A stretch of DNA of 64,000 bases. Source: a virus (taxonomy: Duplodnaviria > Caudoviricetes). The notes under the pieces were generated by a model. That model was not told the origin of the DNA, did no database searches, and saw only the letters and a program-made list of their open reading frames with translations. Made by a program: the position numbers and the translations under genes. Shown piece after piece: positions 58,301-64,000 of the stretch; position 1 is the first letter of the stretch, and each line of letters opens with the position of its first letter. The DNA is taken from IMG/VR virus record IMGVR_UViG_3300032312_001958. One strand, written 5' to 3'.

Positions 58301-61300
58301 CAAATAATGGTAATAGTACTCCAAATAAAAATTTTACAGAATTAGATTACATTGCATCAACATTTAGAAAATTTGGGGCTCTTCATAAAATACCATATGC
58401 GTGGATTTTAAAATATGGTTCTATATGGTATAGATATAAAAACTATGTAAATAATAATGTCGATATTTTAGATAAATGTTGGGTACCATTTAATTATCAA
58501 ACAAATTATGACCCAATTAATTCGGACATTTCAAGAAATTATCAAATCACATCAACAACTACAAATTTTGATATAACTTTAAAAAAAGTTGATACAACTT
58601 CAATACCTAATATCACATATGAAGATGTATCTGTTGGGTTTTATCCTAAAGTAATTAATGACTTTAATTACTTTTATAATGGTTTTGATTTAGTTACCCA
58701 ATACTCAACAGTAAGTCAATCTTTTTCTTATTATAGAAATGATGGTACATTAAAGATATTATCACCAATATCTACAAAAATAAGTAGTAGTGAGAGTACA
58801 TATGACCCGGCATTGTATTTAACAATTTCTAACTATTCTTGTCTATTAAAAAACACTTTAAAAAATGATGAGACATTCTACGTTACCCCATCTTTTGGTT
58901 CACCTGTAAATCAATTATTTTATGAATTTTTTAATTCACAAACAAACGATTTACAAAAAAATTATGATGTACCAGGAACTTATAATGGGTCTATTAGATT
59001 AGATTGGTCAAATCCACATTTTGGATATTTTGACCCTACTAATATGGTTAAACCAAGTTATAATGAGTATCTATGTAAGATAAATTCAGAAACGGATAAT
59101 CAGCAAGAATTTACTTTCTTACATCAAAATGGATATTCAAAAATTGAAGATATATTTGGGGTTTTTACAAAAGAAGAATTGGACATATTTGAGAAAGAAT
59201 TTTTAAATTTTTCTAAATCTGAAAAAAATTATAATGAGGAAACTGCAAATAAAAATATGATATCAGAATACAACAATTTTCAAATGTTGTATAAAATAAT
59301 TAATAAAGTAAATTCGGTTAGCGGATTAGATGATTTAAGTATTATTAAGAATGTTCAACAGTCTCAATTCTCTAACAAAAACCAAACTATTTCACAATTT
59401 TTAAATAAAGATGTTGTACTAAAAAGGGCAAACCCTTACGACTATAATAGAAAAACTTTTCTTTCATTTTTAAGCACTCCTACGCAACAACTTACAGTTG
59501 ACCCAATAAATTTTGGTTCATATCAGGTATCAACACCTAATGCGGTACCAATACCTAATAATAACGTAACAACATCGTCTTCTAAAATAGCATATCCAAA
59601 CGAGTGGAAAACACTCCAAGAGTATGTTGGATTCTCAACTTTTGAAGGAATTAATTACGCAGAATCTGGAAGTACAATTACAGACTTCTTTCCTGTTTTT
59701 GATATACCGTTTACGTCTAATAATATAATTTTATTATCCCCAATTATAAAATTATATTCATCTTACAAATATAAAAACCCAAATGGTAATCGAGAAGGAT
59801 TTTTAACTGAGTTAACATTAGATAACGCTTTAAAATTAAATTTAACTAACAATGTATTAAATAATACATTATTAATATTACAAAAAGAATTACCAAAAAT
59901 TCAAATAGAAAGTATTAAAACAAATTCTACAAATGTCATTGGTGAGGATTTGAAAGTTGAGTATTATGATATGTTTAAAGTGTTAAATGATAAATGGGTT
60001 TCAGGAAATAATTTCTCAGAAGATACATTTTTAGAATCATTTTTATTTTTAGATAAAGCCAGTAGGGATATTGGAGACGATGTTTTAGTTGATATTTTTA
60101 AAGTTAAAACTAAAATTTCAAATGTTGACCCTGCAACTTCTGTATATACAGTTATTGCTGAAATTCTTAAAGACCACCATTTTGTTACATTTACAATGCC
60201 TTCATACATCAATTTTTATAATAGAAGAAATAATGAAGGACCCCAAGAGATGGCTCAATTAATGTTTGGTACTTACTCTGAAGTGGATTACTCTGAAACG
60301 TCGACTAAGTTTGTAAATATATTATCTACTGACCCATCGACTAATACTTTAGTTGAAAGTAAACATAATGGATACTGTGATGATGGATTTGAATTAGGTA
60401 GGTCTCAAAACAATCCTAATGTTAGATTAAATACTTCGACAGACGAAAGGTCAAATAAAGTAGTCGGATTCTCAGTTGACTTTGGAATTCAAAGACAACA
60501 AATGTTCCATAATTTAAATTTAGCTCAAGATGTTGGTAAATCAACATCTGAATCATTATTAATGGAATATAATTTGGCTCAGTTAACATCTGGTAAAAAG
60601 TCACAAACTCAAAATGTTAGTCTTTTTAATCTGTATAAAAATAGAAGTTATTCTTGTACAGTTCAATCTATGGGTAACGCAACAATACAACCAACAATGT
60701 ATTTTACATTAAGGAATGTACCGATGTTTAACGGACCGTACCTAATATTAGAAGTTAACCATTCTATTTCTCCCGGGTCATTTGAAACCACTTTTCAGGG
60801 AGTGAGACAAAAAATATTTACATTAAAACAAAGTGAAAACTTTTTAGCGTCTATCAAAATGGAATTAGGTAAAAATTTCTATTCTGAAATTAAACGACAA
60901 AAAGAACAATTGAGTAAATCTGCAACTACAGTTACTCAACAAAATACCGAAACGACAAATTCAATAAATGAAACCCCTGTAAATAAAAATAATGAAAATT
61001 GTCAACCAAACGAGGCGTATAATGATTTCATTAAAATTACTGGTGAATCAAAGACATTATCATATTCACGAATAATTGAGGAGGTTGGATTTATTGTTGG
61101 AAATGATTTACAAAAAAGAGCTGCATTATTTACCCTAATTTATATATCTAATGACTCAAATGGAAATATAAAATTATTTAATAATAATTTAACTAATGTT
61201 AATTTAAAACGAAAATGGGCTGGAGACTTACCAAGTAAGTTCAATAAAGAATATACATGTTTAAACTTTGGTACTGAATTAATACCAATTGTTAAATTCC

Positions 61301-61989
61301 CAAATATTACTTATAATTTGGAATTCATGAATCTTTATTTAAAAAATTTCTACCCTGATTTAAATTTTGCTACAGATGTTACTATAGTTGAAGAACTAAC
61401 TAAATTTTATATTAAATATTGGTCATTACAATCAAAACAAGAGGACGCTTATTATGATGAATATATAAGTAAAAATGCTGGTGAGTATGCGGCAATTTTG
61501 GAAAAAGTTAAAAAGGCTTATGTTATTTTAAACCCTGTTAATTTGAACCCAGCCCCAACAGGAGGTACTCAAACAAATACTGGTACTACACTAACTAATA
61601 ACATACAAACACCACCTTTAACTTCCGATTATCAATATACAATATCTAATCCACCAATGTTTGAAGAATTAACAGTTAGTGTTAATCCTAGTATTGATGG
61701 ATTAAGAAATATATTCTTAGTTGAATATGGGTATAATATTACTGCGAGTTGTGCCGAAGGGTCGGCGACTGGACAACAGTTCTCGACTAATTATATTTCT
61801 TCAAACGGACAAACATTTAATATAAATGCTGAAGATTTATTACAGGAGGTGGATTGTACTGGTTCAGGGTCTAGCGGGGTTTATGAATTCCAAATTACAA
61901 TTTTTACAAAACCTGTATTATCTAATGGTCAAATAGATACTACAAGGTCAGATTATTATAAATCATATCCTGTTACTATGACATTTTAA
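55333..61989 (+). CDS. Very large baseplate hub-type structural protein (2218 aa)
   Basis: N-terminal LGITNIQV...PTVTITLVDVRG; C-terminal SYSCTVQSMGNATIQPTMYF...GPYLILEVNHSISPGSFETTFQGVR (gp27/late control D-like). Confidence 0.65.
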   Translation: MADKPIYVEFDYENIFLVDPNSVTTDDGGREDRYVKQESLIMYANLECKLSPRSKLTYGVANGQVGSETVTIGKINFLKPNDKDFLENNYLGELLGTDEKVNAARSKNYAQQSREFFNFDDNITNNNSIIDNGFLGITNIQVRTNSAFVPTVTITLVDVRGRAMFEQGNNSPYAAFFSLPYPIFYLTLKGYYGKAVQYPLLLQKFNSSYDSSSGNFIVSLTFITYKYGPFGDITMGEIMALPHMYTTKFTTTSQTNNSNSSDSRVVETQTSQRGYQRLVELYDKYRNSDPPLITDLPNITIQELMYKLDKFVQDILNNSGKVDLQPLTNCDLFLTNLEKFQGDVYFYRGESWFDKYINTINFYISKTDGKKYYTFKEDKELDQQTKIDSIAELKKIIVQYNDSLAKCNIGLTSDVDISNFLVSLSPDEVDPVATYKARNNKAPTPDELTGFTQSLNQLVKGAVTINSDGTNFQTNQFFIFEGVPNDETFITKTSNLKKRAIEIREENEKKFSEELVKILENPQTGIGFKPTIRNIISIFVVSVEAFYSLLDDVHTKAYDKRYDNARKSEFTENDYNCLETSQTIDEAVVYPWPLFTVKKNNTSGDTSYEIAYPGDRKYQNVVKSYDYSVWPEVEFVEEFANAFAQRESVPNPYTSNRNENKDVYRLSLSTFDAPIKNIIFSNKEITKFLYEIIERIILNTNYQGLQRDTAKKTQIINFISDAISKSIKESIGTGSPDLLNLFSNYKIDVASFNEFLKTISNNGNGESYNKYIRDYFVTQEIEKIIQTPTIIYKDFLTEFSKPNLDFKNVEQLFGIYTGTTSNTYYFFDTLPYISDNWLSSNVTNGKTITNYELFNNTTKSIMFNPYYKTTTNFESFTNVDVNRPVTNFNVRASQQINTNNFSNEFYTNLLTDNTQLLTTVGSVYYSSYNNLMTQAQCTSIFNTPFFVNAIQNGVNNEKSGAPYPYTEAAYLLLNSLPLATLSQRFKDYQPNNGNSTPNKNFTELDYIASTFRKFGALHKIPYAWILKYGSIWYRYKNYVNNNVDILDKCWVPFNYQTNYDPINSDISRNYQITSTTTNFDITLKKVDTTSIPNITYEDVSVGFYPKVINDFNYFYNGFDLVTQYSTVSQSFSYYRNDGTLKILSPISTKISSSESTYDPALYLTISNYSCLLKNTLKNDETFYVTPSFGSPVNQLFYEFFNSQTNDLQKNYDVPGTYNGSIRLDWSNPHFGYFDPTNMVKPSYNEYLCKINSETDNQQEFTFLHQNGYSKIEDIFGVFTKEELDIFEKEFLNFSKSEKNYNEETANKNMISEYNNFQMLYKIINKVNSVSGLDDLSIIKNVQQSQFSNKNQTISQFLNKDVVLKRANPYDYNRKTFLSFLSTPTQQLTVDPINFGSYQVSTPNAVPIPNNNVTTSSSKIAYPNEWKTLQEYVGFSTFEGINYAESGSTITDFFPVFDIPFTSNNIILLSPIIKLYSSYKYKNPNGNREGFLTELTLDNALKLNLTNNVLNNTLLILQKELPKIQIESIKTNSTNVIGEDLKVEYYDMFKVLNDKWVSGNNFSEDTFLESFLFLDKASRDIGDDVLVDIFKVKTKISNVDPATSVYTVIAEILKDHHFVTFTMPSYINFYNRRNNEGPQEMAQLMFGTYSEVDYSETSTKFVNILSTDPSTNTLVESKHNGYCDDGFELGRSQNNPNVRLNTSTDERSNKVVGFSVDFGIQRQQMFHNLNLAQDVGKSTSESLLMEYNLAQLTSGKKSQTQNVSLFNLYKNRSYSCTVQSMGNATIQPTMYFTLRNVPMFNGPYLILEVNHSISPGSFETTFQGVRQKIFTLKQSENFLASIKMELGKNFYSEIKRQKEQLSKSATTVTQQNTETTNSINETPVNKNNENCQPNEAYNDFIKITGESKTLSYSRIIEEVGFIVGNDLQKRAALFTLIYISNDSNGNIKLFNNNLTNVNLKRKWAGDLPSKFNKEYTCLNFGTELIPIVKFPNITYNLEFMNLYLKNFYPDLNFATDVTIVEELTKFYIKYWSLQSKQEDAYYDEYISKNAGEYAAILEKVKKAYVILNPVNLNPAPTGGTQTNTGTTLTNNIQTPPLTSDYQYTISNPPMFEELTVSVNPSIDGLRNIFLVEYGYNITASCAEGSATGQQFSTNYISSNGQTFNINAEDLLQEVDCTGSGSSGVYEFQITIFTKPVLSNGQIDTTRSDYYKSYPVTMTF

Positions 61990-62019
61990 TTTATTAGTAT
62001 ATTTATATAAAAAATAATT

Positions 62020-62244
62020 ATGAATACTAAAGAAGCATTAGATAGATACCTTGGTAAGAACACAAGAATAACTGAAACCGATAAGGGTAATGGTTATAAA
62101 GAAGTTTGTGACTTAGATACTGGAGATTGTTACACAATTAGAATGAAAGATGGTTTAATTGAAAGAGTTAACAATACAATGACAATTAATAAAAAAATCA
62201 ATGTTGAAACAATACAGGGATATAAACAACTTTTAAATGGGTAA
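62020..62244 (+). CDS. Hypothetical protein
   Basis: 74 aa, EVCDLDTGDCY; TATTTATA upstream. Confidence 0.7.
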   Translation: MNTKEALDRYLGKNTRITETDKGNGYKEVCDLDTGDCYTIRMKDGLIERVNNTMTINKKINVETIQGYKQLLNG

Positions 62245-62920
62245 GGAAATGGATTTATCTAAAAAATTATTAGAGGAATTAAAAAAACATAATAAAATTA
62301 ACAATTATATTTTTGAACAAGATGCTCCACCACCACCTGATGATTTAGCTCTTGGAACACCTCCTCCCACACCTGAAGCAGGAGCATTACCTGCGGCACC
62401 TGAGGCAGGAGCTCCACCTACATCACCTGCGGCTGAACCATCAGCACCTATTGACGTTGAATCTGACCCAGATGTTGAAAAAATTGGTGATGAAACATCA
62501 GGAGATTCAGAGACTGAAGAGTTAGATATTACAGAACTTGTAACATCACAAAAAAATATGGAGGAAAAACAAAATGAATATTTCCAAAATCTTTTTTCAC
62601 AAATACAAAACCTTGAAAGTAAATTATCTGAGATGGATAAAATCATGGATAAAATAAATAGTATTGAGACTAAGATTGAAAAATATCGTGAAAAAACTCC
62701 ACAAGAAAAATTAGAATTAAGAAGTTTAGATTCAGGTCCTTTTAATCAAAAATTGACACAATTTTTTGATGACAAATTACAGGATATTGAAAAATCAGGT
62801 AAGAATGAGTATGTAATTACTCCTGATGATGTTGAAAACTATTCACAAGCTGGAATAAAAAACAGTTTTAACAATTTGGATAGTGAAGAAGATGATACTA
62901 ATACTTACACTTATAGATAA
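62237..62920 (+). CDS. Hypothetical acidic protein with Pro/Ala-rich linker and coiled coil
   Basis: PPPPDD..PAAPEAGAPP then heptad region; start may be 62249. Confidence 0.75.
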   Translation: MGKEMDLSKKLLEELKKHNKINNYIFEQDAPPPPDDLALGTPPPTPEAGALPAAPEAGAPPTSPAAEPSAPIDVESDPDVEKIGDETSGDSETEELDITELVTSQKNMEEKQNEYFQNLFSQIQNLESKLSEMDKIMDKINSIETKIEKYREKTPQEKLELRSLDSGPFNQKLTQFFDDKLQDIEKSGKNEYVITPDDVENYSQAGIKNSFNNLDSEEDDTNTYTYR

Positions 62921-62927
62921 TTTTTGT

Positions 62928-62956
62928 TTGACTATTACGGCTGACACACTTATACT
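62928..62956 (+). promoter_or_regulatory. Sigma70-like promoter of SSB
   Basis: TTGACT-17 nt-TATACT; same TGTTTGACT context as the polymerase promoter. Confidence 0.7.
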
Positions 62957-62985
62957 TGTTTATTAACTAATAATTTATATATATC

Positions 62986-63831
62986 ATGGCGACAAATTCA
63001 CTAGATGCTGTACTCGCTCAGTATGAAAAAGCGAAAGGTGGCTCAAACGGAGCTAACAAAATGTCTCAAGAAGACAGAATGAAAAAATATTTTGCGGCGA
63101 TTTTAACGCAAAATGAAACATCGGGACAAAAACGTCTTCGTATTTTACCAACACCTGACGGTTCATCACCTTTTAAAGAGGTATGGTACCACGAGGTTCA
63201 AGTTGAGGGTAAATGGAATAAAATCTATGACCCAGGTAAAAATGATAATGAGCGTTCACCGTTGACTGAAATTCACGACGAATTAATGTCAACAGGTAAA
63301 GAGTCCGATAAGGAACTTGCTAAATCTTACAAACCACGTAAATTCTACATCGTTAAGGTTATTGACCGTGATAACGAAGCAGATGGGGTTAAGTTTTGGA
63401 GATTTAAACACAATTACAAGAACGAAGGTATTCTTGACAAAATCATCCCAATTTGGAAAGCTAAAGGTGATATTACTGACCCTGTTAATGGTCGTGATTT
63501 GATTATCGAGTTGGCAAAGGCTAAGACTCCAAAAGGGGCGACTTATACAGTTATTCAAACTGTAATGCACGATGACCCATCTCCTGTTCACACAGATGCG
63601 GAAACTGCTAAAACTTGGACTGAAGACCCACTTACTTGGGCCGATGTTTACTCTAAAAAACCTGTTGAATATTTGGAAGCGATTGCTCGTGGAGAAACTC
63701 CAAGATGGTCATCTGATTTAGGTAAATATGTTTACGGAGACGCGGCATCTGAAATGAGTGTTGGTGGTGGAAACATGTCAATTGTTGACCCACAAGCAGG
63801 TGACGAACCTGATGGTGATTTACCATTCTAA
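62986..63831 (+). CDS. Single-stranded DNA-binding protein (T4 gp32-like)
   Basis: RLRILP, WYH, FYIVKVIDR, GVKFWRF, GDITDPVNGRDLII, acidic C-terminal DGDLPF. Confidence 0.85.
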   Translation: MATNSLDAVLAQYEKAKGGSNGANKMSQEDRMKKYFAAILTQNETSGQKRLRILPTPDGSSPFKEVWYHEVQVEGKWNKIYDPGKNDNERSPLTEIHDELMSTGKESDKELAKSYKPRKFYIVKVIDRDNEADGVKFWRFKHNYKNEGILDKIIPIWKAKGDITDPVNGRDLIIELAKAKTPKGATYTVIQTVMHDDPSPVHTDAETAKTWTEDPLTWADVYSKKPVEYLEAIARGETPRWSSDLGKYVYGDAASEMSVGGGNMSIVDPQAGDEPDGDLPF

Positions 63832-63838
63832 TTTATAC

Positions 63839-63877
63839 GGATGGACACTTTGACTATGATAGTGTCCATCCTTTTTT
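63839..63877 (+). terminator. Rho-independent terminator / hairpin
   Basis: GGATGGACACT-11 nt-AGTGTCCATCC-TTTTTT. Confidence 0.85.
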
Positions 63878-63912
63878 ATTTTTATACTAACAATTTAAAC
63901 ACATAGACATTT

Positions 63913-64000
63913 ATGGCTATAAAGAAAAAAGAATTTTCATTAGATGCAATCAAAAATAAGTATTCTACGAAAACTAAATACAAAGATACGGAGTTCTATG
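63913..64000 (+). CDS. Start of next gene (partial; possibly a RecA/UvsX-like recombinase by synteny)
   Basis: MAIKKKEFSLDAIKNKYSTKTKYKDTEFY...; no diagnostic motif within the window. Confidence 0.4.
   Translation, partial: MAIKKKEFSLDAIKNKYSTKTKYKDTEFY

Noticed and set aside
39448-61989. Extracellular contractile injection system or tailocin
   Set aside because: Neck/head-joining genes, DNA polymerase, helicase and SSB indicate a complete phage
1547-63591. The many 60-165 aa ORFs overlapping larger genes (e.g. 19760-20257 +, 35464-35775 +, 47641-47940 -, 62305-62646 -)
   Set aside because: Antisense or out-of-frame shadows of well-supported genes, with no motifs or initiation signals
63839-63877. 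tRNA or other ncRNA after SSB
   Set aside because: A single hairpin followed by a T-run, best explained as a terminator; no cloverleaf seen here or in other intergenic gaps
1-64000. Alternative genetic code (TAG/TGA recoding)
   Set aside because: Long intact ORFs tile the window under the standard code, and TAG and TGA both end apparently complete genes

Overview
AT-rich, densely coding segment of a large (probably jumbo-class) myovirus-type bacteriophage genome with distant T4-like organisation. It is not a cellular O-antigen locus. The left ~18 kb (minus strand) is one long operon holding a sigma-factor-like gene, a HAD nucleotidase, PhoH, GDP-mannose 4,6-dehydratase, three methyltransferases, about nine glycosyltransferases (GT2, GT4-like, GT11), an FAD oxidoreductase, dUTPase and a PolB-like exonuclease. 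A second glycan-modification cluster (23.7-30.2 kb) includes a GT60-like protein O-GlcNAc transferase, an HtrL-like protein and a GT-methyltransferase fusion. It sits between putative virion surface proteins, one of them with a mucin-like Pro/Thr stalk. The rest carries a family B DNA polymerase, SOD, a SNF2/HARP-like helicase, neck proteins, tail sheath, tube, chaperone, tape measure, large baseplate proteins and a gp32-like SSB. Main observations: (1) a probable phage-encoded virion glycosylation system, with a strongly enriched [ST]-G-x-[ST] motif in virion proteins as a candidate sequon; (2) a candidate +1 programmed frameshift (GGAG UUU UUU CGG) in the tail chaperone; (3) a TATTTAT(A) late-promoter-like motif together with a phage sigma-like protein; (4) apparent GATC avoidance; (5) a TIM-barrel domain inserted into a LamG-like protein and an OmpA-like domain in a baseplate protein. 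All product calls come from motif recognition by eye; no database search was run.
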